Of a DNA stretch of 64,000 bases, positions 38,969 to 50,090 are shown piece after piece. Both the position numbers and the translations under genes were made by a program. The stretch lies in the IMG/VR virus record IMGVR_UViG_3300044988_000363; one strand, written 5' to 3'. Within the stretch, counting starts at the first letter, position 1. Each line of letters opens with the position of its first letter. The notes beneath the pieces are model-generated. The model saw only the letters and a list, made by a program, of their open reading frames with translations, was not told the DNA's origin and made no database searches. The stretch comes from a virus.

Positions 38969-40096
38969 TCATTGAACCACCCTCAACAAAATCGTGTTCT
39001 CGTTGATACGATACGCAAGAGGCTTTTCTGTCTTGAGATCATCAAGGACTTTTCGTAGAACAAGTTTACCACCCTCAAGTATGCGCTTGAGAAAATCGTT
39101 CGGTTCTTTCCTGCCCACAGAGCGGGAAATAGAACTACTTTCGTCATAGTTCGTAATGCTAGTTCCCTTGACCTGTAGCCCACCACGATCAATCGCTGTA
39201 AGCCTCGTAATCGTCTTATACTTTGTATTGAAAGTCCAGAGTTCCATTGCACCGATGATTTTTTCCGGTGACACTGAAGCAATTTTATAAGTTGCATCTT
39301 CCTTTTGGAACTTGAGACCCTTGATCTTCTTCTCAACTGATACTGCTCGTGGCTTGCGAGCCGTTCTAACTTTCTTCGTATTTGAAGAATATCTCTCCGC
39401 ATCTTCGATGAGGGTGTTGTAGAACGAGACGAGTTTCTTGATTTCTGTCTTTTTAAGGTGACGATAACCTTCTTTAAGCTGATCATCTTTTCCCTCATAC
39501 GCTTCAAGCAATTCGTCGAGCACTGGGGAAAATTTAGCAATGATTGAAGTAGCATAGGCTGCAGGAATATTGTTGCTCTGCAGCCACTCATACATCGAAA
39601 ACTCTACATTCTCGTAGATGTAATCGTCAATCAATCCTTCAATCTCTCCCAAAATATCATGAGTTTTCTCACGCATACGATCCTGGATAGAAATCCTCGG
39701 AGTTTCTGATTCCTCCTTGGGTTCTTCCTTCGCCTTGTCCCACATATTTAGGATCTTAGAACTGAAAAACTGCATCGTAGTTCCCGATGGCTTATGACCA
39801 CGAGAGATCATACGTGCAATCCAAGCAGCAGTCAAAGGAATATCTACGTCGGAGATCCTCGAAAGCTTCTTGGCTAGGTCTGGCTTACCAGTGTTCTTGA
39901 AATATTCCTTTAGATAATCACGAGCATCATTGGCAGTGCACATGTAGTTATACCATGTGAAACACTGACCCTCGTTGACATCCTGGGTCATAAGAGGCTC
40001 GTCGCCCAGATATTTCTTGTTCACAATATACTGTTCGGATCGAGAGACCCGAATAGTCTTTGGTTTACGCTTAATGAGTGCTGGGCGACGAGCCAT
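38969..40096 (-). CDS. Conserved T4-like phage hypothetical protein
   Basis: Long ORF with an early promoter and GAAGGAG SD; WYNY and RINENTILL motifs. Confidence 0.7.
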   Translation of the reverse strand: MARRPALIKRKPKTIRVSRSEQYIVNKKYLGDEPLMTQDVNEGQCFTWYNYMCTANDARDYLKEYFKNTGKPDLAKKLSRISDVDIPLTAAWIARMISRGHKPSGTTMQFFSSKILNMWDKAKEEPKEESETPRISIQDRMREKTHDILGEIEGLIDDYIYENVEFSMYEWLQSNNIPAAYATSIIAKFSPVLDELLEAYEGKDDQLKEGYRHLKKTEIKKLVSFYNTLIEDAERYSSNTKKVRTARKPRAVSVEKKIKGLKFQKEDATYKIASVSPEKIIGAMELWTFNTKYKTITRLTAIDRGGLQVKGTSITNYDESSSISRSVGRKEPNDFLKRILEGGKLVLRKVLDDLKTEKPLAYRINENTILLRVVQ

Positions 40097-40150
40097 GAAT
40101 ATCTCCTTCAATCGTATACATATTATACTTTATATAAGGGTCAAAGACAA

Positions 40151-40228
40151 CTAAATATTATTGTCCGTCACGAGTTGGGAGCTCTACGGACTCTAACGCT
40201 AAGAAGGAGCATCAGCATGGATATTTAT
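40151..40228 (+). promoter_or_regulatory. Conserved structured leader, copy 2
   Basis: CTAAATA...GTCCGTCACGAGTTGGGAGCTCTACGGACTCTAACGCT..AGCATCAGC-ATGGATATTTAT. Confidence 0.8.
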
Positions 40229-40645
40229 GATCCAATCGGTAAAGCATTAGGTCTCGAACCTATCGAATTTAATTATGATATAAAAACCTATTGTCCAGAC
40301 CAAGAAATTATTCCTTGGAACAAAGGTTTGACAAAAGAAGATCCTTACGTCGCTGAAATAGGCAAAAGAATTTCTCAAGCAAAACAAAATAATCCTACCA
40401 AACCTTGGAACAAAGGTTTGACAAAAGAAGATCAACGTGTAAGAGAAAACTCTATAAAGGCAGCTAATACTAAAAAACAGCAGGGGTTTTATAAAGATTG
40501 CGGAAAATATCTCCCTAAACTCATAGGAGATAAAAATCATATGAAGTCTTCAGAACATAGAAAACGTATGTCTGAATTAGCTTCTAGAAGATATAAAAAA
40601 TGGAACGAGGACGGTAGCTGGACTTGGGGCTACCGTCCTCTGTAA
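40217..40645 (+). CDS. NUMOD3-like (PWNKGLTKED x2) protein with no visible nuclease motif, inverted relative to neighbours
   Basis: Two PWNKGLTKED repeats; no GIY-YIG or HNH motif seen. Confidence 0.65.
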   Translation: MDIYDPIGKALGLEPIEFNYDIKTYCPDQEIIPWNKGLTKEDPYVAEIGKRISQAKQNNPTKPWNKGLTKEDQRVRENSIKAANTKKQQGFYKDCGKYLPKLIGDKNHMKSSEHRKRMSELASRRYKKWNEDGSWTWGYRPL

Positions 40646-40646
40646 C

Positions 40647-41627
40647 TTATGCCGCTTGTTCGGCCATTTCTACTGCAAGCTCAAGAGCCTTAGTCTTGAG
40701 ACCCTTGTTGTAGCCATACCAAGCCGACTGCATTCGAGTGTCAGCCGTACGACCGAGAACGTGATCGGTCATAAACGTAACAGCGTTAAAAGGCTGCCAC
40801 CAGCTGCCCTGAGCGAATTCGCTACCAGGCTGAGTGTCGAGAATACCGAGAGCCATATTGGCATTCTTCGAACGCTTACCCTCAACCTTATCTTCCGAAG
40901 TAGCACCAGCCAGCGGGAAGATACGCTCGAAGTACTCGACGATCGTTTCAGTCTTGGCCTTCTTCGAACCAAGGAACTGAGCCATCTCCTTATACTTCTG
41001 GAGCTTGTCGGTTGCAATGCCAAGCATATCCTTCACGTTAGCAGGGTTAAACTGCTTACGATGGGAAATCTTGACCATACGCTCTACCTTCGAACTGAGC
41101 GAGAGCGAGAGCGTATTGTTGCAAACGACTCGGATCGGCGTAAACCGAACGTCAGTAGAGAAACCATACTTGTGGAAATTAGAAAATAGAAGATAAGAGT
41201 CAATTTGATCTCCTTTGAAAAGCTCGAAAGATTCCTTGATCTTTGCGAGACCCCAAACGATCTGACCTCCCTTTAGCGAACCAGCGGTATGCATCTCCAT
41301 ATCGCCAGCCATCACAAACTCATTAAAGAAGTCGAACGCCTCTGCATTCTGCACGGGGTTCCAGTCGTCAGAGACAACGTCAAGCATCTTCTTGTCCTTC
41401 ATACGAACAAGAGCAGACTGACCTGTCTCCATTACACTATCCGGATCGTTTTCATCCAGAATAGCAAAAGTAGGAAACTTCTGGACTTCCCAATTGAGAC
41501 CAGCAGCTTCCAACATCTGTTCCGGGGTGAGATCCCCGAGAACCTTAACACCAAGACCATGCCACGGAACATCGCCAGCATAAGCCATCTGAGCGACACC
41601 ATCAACGAATTCGATTTCATGAGCCAT
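40647..41627 (-). CDS. DUF932-family phage/plasmid protein
   Basis: MAYAGDVPWHGLG...VQNAEAFDFF...TAGSLKGG...TPIRVVCNNTL. Confidence 0.88.
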   Translation of the reverse strand: MAHEIEFVDGVAQMAYAGDVPWHGLGVKVLGDLTPEQMLEAAGLNWEVQKFPTFAILDENDPDSVMETGQSALVRMKDKKMLDVVSDDWNPVQNAEAFDFFNEFVMAGDMEMHTAGSLKGGQIVWGLAKIKESFELFKGDQIDSYLLFSNFHKYGFSTDVRFTPIRVVCNNTLSLSLSSKVERMVKISHRKQFNPANVKDMLGIATDKLQKYKEMAQFLGSKKAKTETIVEYFERIFPLAGATSEDKVEGKRSKNANMALGILDTQPGSEFAQGSWWQPFNAVTFMTDHVLGRTADTRMQSAWYGYNKGLKTKALELAVEMAEQAA

Positions 41628-41629
41628 TT

Positions 41630-41692
41630 TACTTCTCCTTCACATCAACCATCATATACATAGTATAGCTCGATATTTTAAAAAAGTCAAGC
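41630..41692 (-). promoter_or_regulatory. Sigma70-type early promoter cassette
   Basis: GCTTGACT...TATACT, then ATGATGGTTGATGTGAAGGAG. Confidence 0.8.
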
Positions 41693-41899
41693 GATCTTTT
41701 TGGCTTCGAGAGAGTCCTGAAAACCCTGATGGAACCCAGCATACCACTCTCGTTCACGATAGTGTTCCGACTGAACTAGCCTCTCGTTGCTCTGATCTAC
41801 GGAAAGATAATTATAGGGACAATCCTTTATAGACCCTCCCTCTACATAATGCGTTTTACCTTCGAGAAAAAATTGATTAGTATACTGCCATTCATTCAT
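41687..41899 (-). CDS. Small protein with Rmf-like pattern
   Basis: EG...G.....CPY......W..GF..G pattern. Confidence 0.4.
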   Translation of the reverse strand: MNEWQYTNQFFLEGKTHYVEGGSIKDCPYNYLSVDQSNERLVQSEHYREREWYAGFHQGFQDSLEAKKIA

Positions 41900-42071
41900 G
41901 TCGTTTATCCTTGACTTGAATCCAACAATTTTTAGGGTCATCGTGACACTGGACTTCCATTAAGGTGCCAGAGTCCTTCATCTTCTGTGTTATATATATT
42001 GCATCGAAATATGGGATAATCAAATATCCGCACATGAGCAATAATTCTAACCAAATTCTTTTTTTTCTCAG

Positions 42072-45000
42072 TCATGATGAGAACGAGTAATATGCATCAA
42101 TAATCTTTTGAAGTGGTCGCTCAAGACTATCATAATGTTCTTTATCTAAAATACCGCAAAGAATATCTTGATAATCTTCTGGTTCAAGAAACTGTTTTAG
42201 AATGTTTTGATATTGTTGACGAGTTTTTGGCTCTTCTACAGGAACACCCATTACATTAGGTACATCGTATTGCTTCATTTCTTCGGCAATACTACGTGCA
42301 ATGATAGTCTTTGCCTTACTGACAAAGTCTTTCATAGTTTCTAACTCTAACTGCTTTTTGGTTTTAGGAAAAGGTATAACTTCAGCGCTCACGACTCATA
42401 TCCCTTGGAACACATTTCACTTTGACATAAAAGATATCGCCTTGCCTCGGAGCAAGAGCACTCTTTGCTATTCTTTCATAGCCTTCTTTTGCACAACTCA
42501 TTGGAGTGTTTTGTATTTCTCCCATGATAATTGTTGTATCTCGACCACCTTCTTTACATTCAAAATCGGAAAGCATAGAATTACAAATTAATATGACTGG
42601 TATATATTGAATCATCCCTGACAACGTATACCAAATTTAGCTTCAGCCCCCATTACTTTACCATGTAGAGGACCAATCTTACATGCTTTAGATTCAATTT
42701 CTACATGTTGCTCGGTACACATTCCCGCAATGCACATATAGACAATAGCTGCAACGAGTTTCATTTTCGCTCCTTATACAAAAAAGGCATGCCAATTATG
42801 ATATAGAAACCAACCAGCCAATAGAGCAAAAGCTGCTCGAGGCTGAAAGGTGCCCACTAGTAGTAAAACAACTACAACAAGCTTTGGGTCAAAAAACATA
42901 TTATATCCTTTATGCTGCCTTCTTAACCTCAACAAAATGTTTCTTGAGATTGTCAGAAGCTTTGTTTAAAATTTCTCCAGAAACGCCAATACGAATAAGA
43001 TTAGACAACTCAATAATTTCTTCTTCTGAAATATCATTGGCTGGCTTAAACTCGAACAAATTAGACTGATTATATTTTTTAGTTGCCTTTGCCATACGAG
43101 TTCCTTTTAAATCTTTTGTAGGGTTGAATTCGTTTCTATAATTTCCATCTCACTGAGGGGTACGTATTCATTTGAATTTAGGCTAGAAAAAATCTGTTTA
43201 GCTGATTCTGCTTCTTCTATTGAAGAATAGAAACCAAGAACCAAACCCTTTTTCTTATGCATTAAAACATAATAATGAGCGTTTGTCATTTACTATTCCT
43301 TATGTTTAAGATTGAGTTTTATACATAACATATGATGCGGAAAACCCTAATAGAGAAATTAGAGCACACATAAAATTTACAGTAGGATAATCTGCAACAT
43401 ACATTAGCAATGCATTACACAATACAAAGAAACCATTAATCCACATCATCCAAAGATGGAACTTTTTACTAAAAATAAAATCACTCATTATATAGGCTTT
43501 CGCTGTTTAAAGAGACGGTCTACTTATTTACACTCCGAAGAAACTCCAGATACTTAGAAAGAGAAATATACCCATGGATCATAAGCATTTCCATAGCAGC
43601 GATCTTAGCTTCAATCTTTTCGTTATCAGTCATAGCTTAATCCAATCTCTACGTTTCTTTAGTTTATTCACTTTAACCTTAATATACCCTCTATTCATAC
43701 AGAAGGCAATAAGTTCAGTTACGTTCGAAGGAACCTTCTTCGAAATCTCCAAAGAAGCGGTTTGACAAACAGCCAAACCGTCCGAAATAGTTACCGGATC
43801 CTCCGACACGAATTCGTATTCTCTGGTATCCTCAAAGGAGATCATAGCGATTCAAGACCACGTTTATGGCATTCATCGACACAAGCCCAGTATTCCTTTT
43901 CATTGGCTCCACGAGCAGCAGCCTCTTGATTCCAATTACCTTCAGCAGCCATATAATACATATGCTGGCGCCAGAGACGATCCATTTCCTCGGTTAGTTG
44001 TTTATCAGTAAGCGTAGTAAAATCAGTCATGCCATTCTCCATCATCACATTCATAGAACACTCGCCCAAAATAAGTTTTGGGCATCACCATTTTAAGAGA
44101 TACGTCATATTCCATGACGGTGCGATCGGGATTTCGATGAATAACCTTACAATGTTGATCAAGCCATTCCTGCCGATCACCGCCAATGGTAATGACAAAA
44201 GTCATTATTATTGCAATAGCTATCGCTCCAATAACGATAACTACTAACTCTCTATCCATTACTCATACCCTTGACGAGTTTCTGCCCATATTCAATACGA
44301 TCACGGATGGCCTGTAGCTTACGCTTATGACCGTCCCCAGCAGTATAGTGTTCGGCCAGAGTTTCATATGCACCACAGACAGCAGCATTGTGTAGAACAT
44401 CTTCTGCAAGATATTCATAACGTGCTGGATCTCGAGCCATTTTATTACTATCTTCAACAAACGAATAGTAACAGGCTTCATATCCTTCATAGAGCATCTG
44501 AAGGAAGGCATCATCATAGGCTTCATAATTTAATTCTAAAGATAGTTTCATCACTTATAGATCTCCTCTAGTACACGTTCTAGAAAGCGAATAGGTTCTG
44601 AGTCATAGGCACCATATTTACTAAACTTCTTCATAATATCATGCATACCACTAAGAGTCTCTTGTATGGTATAGCCATTATTGACATAGTCTTCTAGTTC
44701 ATTGTTCAGTCTATTTGCTATGGACTCAATTTCATCCCGAGGGAAAGACATTGTAAACAGTTCCCACTGATCGGCTGAGAAGTCAGCCTTAATGGTAGGA
44801 GACTTTATGATTGTAAGATTGTGCATCACTTATCCTCCGTCCATCGCTTTCCACAATCAGGACATTCATATTCAAACCATTGACGATCCATAGAGGGATC
44901 ATAATTCCCGCTGGAAGACTTATAGGTCTTAGTAGCATTTATATGGGGACAAAGTTGCTGCAGGCTATTAAGATCAGACTCAAGATCCGATATCTGTGCT

Positions 45001-45307
45001 TCAATCTCAATACGATCTGCACGAATGCCCTTACATAATAGTTGGTCCTTTGTCATTATGATCTCTCGATCTTATCAATGCGACGTCGCATTGACGATCG
45101 ATCGATCTTATCAATGATTCCCTGCAGAAATTCGATCTCTTCTCGAACTGCATTCAATTCGCCGTCATTAAGTCCCCCATCATAGGGGTCAAATGCAACG
45201 TGCTTCTTGAGACGTTCTGCATATTCCTTGGCTTCCTGCAGTCGGGTATAAAGATCTTCTCTGATCTCAATCCACCGATCCGTGGTGTCTCGTGAATAGA
45301 ATTCCAT
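42072..45307 (-). other. Cluster of about 15 small, tightly coupled hypothetical early genes
   Basis: Chain of 60-106 aa minus-strand ORFs with overlapping starts/stops and SDs (e.g. 42072-42392, 44252-44554, 44551-44829, 44826-45056 with a CxxC pair, 45056-45307). Confidence 0.6.
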
Positions 45308-45451
45308 TTAGTCCTCCAGTGTTCCCGGAACAATCCAATAAGAGTGATCGGTGCTCTCATCATAGGGAGCCATATCCTGTTCGGTGAAATAAAAGGCATG
45401 ACCAAACATGCCAGGACAGATATACACCGACTGCCAATAAACGACAATCAT
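45308..45451 (-). CDS. VPGTLED-family micro-protein A
   Basis: MIVVYWQSVYICPG...SYWIVPGTLED. Confidence 0.65.
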   Translation of the reverse strand: MIVVYWQSVYICPGMFGHAFYFTEQDMAPYDESTDHSYWIVPGTLED

Positions 45452-45452
45452 C

Positions 45453-45581
45453 TTAGTCCTCCAACGTCCCGGGAACTGCCCAGTAGGAGATATCAGCTTC
45501 GTCGCAGATGCACTCGCTAAGATAACGAATGAACGAGATATTTCGAGTGTTGTCATACCAATACGAATAAAAGACTGTCAT
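45453..45581 (-). CDS. VPGTLED-family micro-protein B
   Basis: MTVFYSYWYDN...SYWAVPGTLED; directly behind an early promoter. Confidence 0.6.
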   Translation of the reverse strand: MTVFYSYWYDNTRNISFIRYLSECICDEADISYWAVPGTLED

Positions 45582-45584
45582 CTC

Positions 45585-45637
45585 ACTTCTCCTCAACCAT
45601 AGAATAATTATACCACTCTTTTGATAAGAAGTCAAGC
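45585..45637 (-). promoter_or_regulatory. Sigma70-type early promoter cassette
   Basis: GCTTGACT-17-TATAAT...ATGGTTGAGGAG. Confidence 0.8.
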
Positions 45638-46227
45638 TCGAACTTTAAAAGTCAAAAAATTTTGTTGCGGATTTTTTTAAAATCCATTCGGTAAAGTCAG
45701 TGTGACCTTTTGAGGTGTGTGGTTGACCTTTTGGGCATGTCGGGGTGTGTGGAGATAATACTAGGCTCCGGGTCCCCCGCACGAACATCAACCGATTTTC
45801 TAAAGGTGCGACTCACTTACGCCAACGTCGCCGGTAGCGCACCATGTCCACATACAACTCGATCCAGATGCCATATGCGAAACCAAGCGTGAACAGAGCC
45901 ACACAATCTCCAATCAGCTTCCAATCCATCTTCGTCTCCTAGTGATCCGTATTAAACCCTTCATACCCATCATACCACCAATACTTGCCCAAGTCAAGCA
46001 GAGTTTTCTCGGTGGCGATACCTTTCCTCTGACAATCCATCAGTGTCCGCCAGAGGAGATAATGAGAGAGATGATCCGCCATTATCTCTTCTCCAGAACA
46101 ACCGTATACTTTCCATCACTCCACTGCTTAGTCTTAACAATAGAGTAGCCAGCATGAACCCATTCTCTGGTCAGTCGGCGAACGTAGCGTAGATCGCCAG
46201 ATATGATCTTCTTGGGCTTATCCATAA

Positions 46228-46455
46228 TCAATCCTCCAACTGATAAGAACCATGTTCCTCAATAACAGCATATGCTGCCCGGATCACATATTCATCCCTT
46301 GCATCATACTGTTCTTTTCGCATAAACAGTTCGACGATGGCCATCTTATGTGCTGTGGTTCGGTTTGTGTTCTTAGCCACTATTTCACCAAGAACGTTCT
46401 TGATGGCGTTATCCAAATCTTTCAGAGTGATGTTGAAAGTTCGGAACGTAGCCAT
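46228..46455 (-). CDS. Hypothetical protein
   Basis: SD GGAGG supplied by the upstream LED codons. Confidence 0.55.
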   Translation of the reverse strand: MATFRTFNITLKDLDNAIKNVLGEIVAKNTNRTTAHKMAIVELFMRKEQYDARDEYVIRAAYAVIEEHGSYQLED

Positions 46456-46599
46456 TTAATCCTCCAACGTTCCAGGAACAATCCACCATGAGCGATCGGC
46501 ATCACTGACAGGATACATTTCAGCTTCAGTCTCGTAACGAGCATACGACCATGAACCGATCGGATCGAGACACGTTGATTGCCAATAAACAACAACCAT
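46456..46599 (-). CDS. VPGTLED-family micro-protein C
   Basis: Manual translation MVVVYWQSTCLDPIGSWSYARYETEAEMYPVSDADRSWWIVPGTLED. Confidence 0.65.
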   Translation of the reverse strand: MVVVYWQSTCLDPIGSWSYARYETEAEMYPVSDADRSWWIVPGTLED

Positions 46600-46856
46600 T
46601 ATGCAGCCTCCTGATCATATTCACCGTAGGCACGAGCACCGATTACTCGACTTTCGATCGAGTAGCTATCGAATGCGAGTATACCCTGTTTGTTGATATA
46701 CACCTCTTTGTGAAACTCAGCATCCTCTTGCGTGTGATAAACGCCCAGGAGCATCGTGTCTTCATATTCGATGTGTCCGAGCAGAACATAGACTTCCATG
46801 ATCAATCCTCCTCATCAACCTATATTCTTACTCTACGCCCATTCTGGATAAAAGTA

Positions 46857-48197
46857 AAGCTGAGACTGTGCTGTAACGTCAACTTTTTTTAAAAATAATG
46901 CCTGGACGAACCTAGAGCTCCGCAGAGACAATGATCCGCCCAGGACTTGACTTTTAGGTGATAAAATGGTATACTTAGAAATTGTCTAACAGTGGGATGG
47001 ACTATCAGCTCTCGACGTCCCAGTCACTAATAGTCCATCCCTATCCTCAGAGCCACAGGATCAAGAGCCTGCACTCGGAGAGATTAGACCAGAGCCTTAA
47101 CCTGGTCCATATTCAGGAACGTCGGAGCCTTGAAGGACTCAAGATCATTCGTGACAGCTTCAACATAAGCACGAGCCTCGTCAGCATCGAAGTTCTCGAC
47201 ACCAGTGGCCTGCGGTTCGGCATACTGTCCCTTGGCATACTTACGGCCAACAGCCTTCAGACGAGCAAGGTTCTTCGCACGAATGTCGGCGATTTCCTCG
47301 GCAGTCTTGGTCTTACCGAGCTTGGCCTTCTCGGCCTGTTCCTTGTCGCCAGCAACACGAGGAGCCGGAACCTTCTGGATCTTGCTCTTCGGAGCCTTAG
47401 CAGCCTTCGGAGCAGCCGAGCGAGTAGCCTTCTCGACAGTGCCGAGCGACGGATCAGCCTTGACACGGAGAGCATACGCTGCACGAGCGTTCTTCTCGGT
47501 CCAACCGAACTCCGCCTGCAGCAACGGCAGGACATCAGCCATCGCCTTACCAGCGTTTTCCTTCATAATGCGAATCACGATTTCAGTCTTCGTAGCCATC
47601 TGCAGATCTCCTTCATCAACCTATATACGTATTCTACCCCAGATTTCGATATTCGTAAAGCCCCAAAAGTCAAATTTCTGAAGAAAAATGACTTTACCGT
47701 TCCAGATCAATAGCTTGTCAACGAAACATGATCCTCCACGTCATAGCCATAGAATTCGGGGAATTCTTGGAAGTACTGCAGGTAGGACTTGACTGCTACC
47801 CGAGATATGTTATAATAGGCTCTGTCAAAGCCATCGAAATAGAGGATCAGATTGAACGTATCGATCACTGGATCACCTCGAGGATCTGAACCAGAACAAT
47901 GAATACAGCCAAGCCAACGGTCATCAGTCCGAGGCCAATTACGTTCTGCATATCTTGGGTTCTCATCAGCAGTTCTCCTTTCAACCTTACATATATGATT
48001 ATACCCAGTTTCGGAAAATTCGTCAAGCGAAAAATGACTCTCTCGGCAACTTTTTTTGAGCTTGGTCTGTGCTGTAAGGAACACCTGCCCCGCCCAATAC
48101 CACTCCCTAGAGTATACTCCATTTTTGAGAAAAAGGCAAGCTAGGCTGTAGGGCTACCGCTAAAATAAATTTGCTCGTTACAGCACAGTCTCAGCTT
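46857..48197. repeat. Perfect 22-bp inverted repeat pair, each abutting a promoter -35
   Basis: AAGCTGAGACTGTGCTGTAACG (46857-46878) / CGTTACAGCACAGTCTCAGCTT (48176-48197). Confidence 0.85.
47084..47599 (-). CDS. Ala/Lys-rich early protein
   Basis: Own early promoter and GAAGGAG SD; GC-richer codon usage. Confidence 0.7.
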   Translation of the reverse strand: MATKTEIVIRIMKENAGKAMADVLPLLQAEFGWTEKNARAAYALRVKADPSLGTVEKATRSAAPKAAKAPKSKIQKVPAPRVAGDKEQAEKAKLGKTKTAEEIADIRAKNLARLKAVGRKYAKGQYAEPQATGVENFDADEARAYVEAVTNDLESFKAPTFLNMDQVKALV

Positions 48198-48250
48198 GCC
48201 TTATAAGGGGATCAGCGGTAATATAATAATGGTAACTGAAGGAGAAACTC

Positions 48251-48472
48251 ATGAAAGCGATTTATTTTCCCTTTAAAGGTTCAAATAATTGGGCTTTTAT
48301 TAATTCGTGGGTTAATTCATGCGGCCCAATTGGGGTTATATATTATGGGGAAAATGAAATGATGATCCCGGTATTAGCGACCGAATTAAATACCTATAAT
48401 AAAAAGCCTTTAGATTTTTATAAAAATTCGCCTAAGTTTAATAAACGACGGGGGTATAATGCCCCTTATTAA
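48251..48472 (+). CDS. Hypothetical early protein
   Basis: Promoter cassette and GAAGGAG SD. Confidence 0.55.
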   Translation: MKAIYFPFKGSNNWAFINSWVNSCGPIGVIYYGENEMMIPVLATELNTYNKKPLDFYKNSPKFNKRRGYNAPY

Positions 48473-48510
48473 TAATTAAAAAAACTTAGTAATTCTTGGC
48501 TAATTGTTAA

Positions 48511-48558
48511 TGCTCTTGGTTGTGTGTGGGTTTATAATAAGTTCAACAACCAAGAGCA
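48511..48558. repeat. 13-bp inverted repeat hairpin followed by a CACGCATTAG tandem
   Basis: TGCTCTTGGTTGT (48511-48523) / ACAACCAAGAGCA (48546-48558). Confidence 0.75.
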
Positions 48559-49179
48559 CCAACACGCATTAGCACGCATTAGCAAGCATATACGCCTCGA
48601 ATAGCGCAGAGATAAAAAAAAGGGGATTTTTTATACCCCTAAATATATTCCCTTATTATTATTCTTTAATCTCTAGGTATTCCCTATATTTCTCTCTTAG
48701 GAGTTGCCTATCCTCTATTAACATATGGGTTAGCGTTCCCATTAAATCATATTCCCTTCGGTATTCTTTTAATTGGCGTAATTGGTAGTATCTTAGGTAT
48801 AACTGGCCTATTATTGATTCTATTTCTAATTCTATATCCTCTACGGTTTTATTTTCCATTAAACCATTCCTTTCGCATTTCGCCTATTATATTAATAAAC
48901 CATTCAGGACCGAATATTAATACGCCTATTGCTAGTAATATAGAGCCGAATGATAGTATTAGACGGGCGGCGATATTTGATAGTAGTTTCATTTTATTCC
49001 CCCTCAATCTTAATATTCTTCCAATCCGGGAGTAATTCGAATAATACGCCTTTAATTTCTTTTAATACTCTACCCTCTACTATTTCCTCTACTCTGTATA
49101 TTTGATTATGATTATAATAAGCGGCGATTAATCTATAATAATTACCGTTCTTCTCTTTGATGATTCGCTTAGTCATTTC

Positions 49180-49350
49180 GTTTTCTCCTACTATTCCTAT
49201 TCTACGCCTTTCCGGAAAAAAGGCAAGCGCTGACTCTGCTGTAAGGCCAAGAAATTATTTTAAAAAAAATGACCCCATATGGTCTAGCTGGCGCTTGCCT
49301 TTTTCGGCGAAACGGGTATACTAAGAATATGGTTGATTGAAAGGAACTGA
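49180..49350. promoter_or_regulatory. Divergent early promoter pair
   Basis: GCTTGCCTTTT...TAGAAT (-) and GCTTGCCTTTT...TATACT...ATATGGTTGATTGAAAGGA (+). Confidence 0.75.
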
Positions 49351-49351
49351 T

Positions 49352-50089
49352 ATGACTACGTTTACCTACCCGACTCAAGCTGAACTGTTGATCCTTATTG
49401 CTAAGACCGAGTTTAAGCCGTTCGATAAAATGGATTGGGACGCCTTTGCGGGTTGTGAAAGCGATAATCCGTTTATCGGCTATTCCGACGAGTTTACTAT
49501 CGTTCTTGACGGTCATCTTATTAATATTATTCATTCCGAAGATAGCTATGGCGGTCAGTTATTTGAATTGAATAAACTGGCCTAATATAGTATAATATTA
49601 ATATAATAAGAGGAGAGTTAATATGGATAATATTAACGAGAATTGGCTTATCCGCACCGACGAAATGGCCTATAAATTCGAACAGGGCGATCTAACCGTA
49701 GATAAGTTTACGGACGATCAATTAACCTATTTGATATACTGGAACTTCGGAGTTTCTGGTGTATCTATTATGAAAGAAACTAAACTCGCCGAAGAAGAAT
49801 TAATTCGCCGAGGTAATCCCTATTCCGAGGATTACGCCGATGAATTAAATGCTAAGACGGAGGATTATCTATGATTTATGATATATCTAAATGGTCGACC
49901 GAACAATTGGTTGACTTATTAAATCATTCAGGTTATAGTAGCGATGATATAGTTTCTTGTTACTATAAACAAACGCTGTCCGAGGGTCATATAGTCTTTA
50001 ATATAGACTACGAGAACCTAGATGGCGAATTAGAATCAGGTAATGTCTTTGTATTCATTCGCGATGGTAAACTGGTCGCTGAGTTCTAA
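49352..50089 (+). other. Three small acidic early ORFs (49352-49585, 49623-49874, 49871-50089)
   Basis: SDs present; D/E-rich. Confidence 0.6.
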
Positions 50090-50090
50090 G

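Noticed and set aside
45640-45810. TGACCTTTTG direct repeat and GC-rich possible stem in an intergenic gap
   Set aside because: Only two copies and weak pairing; no supportable function.
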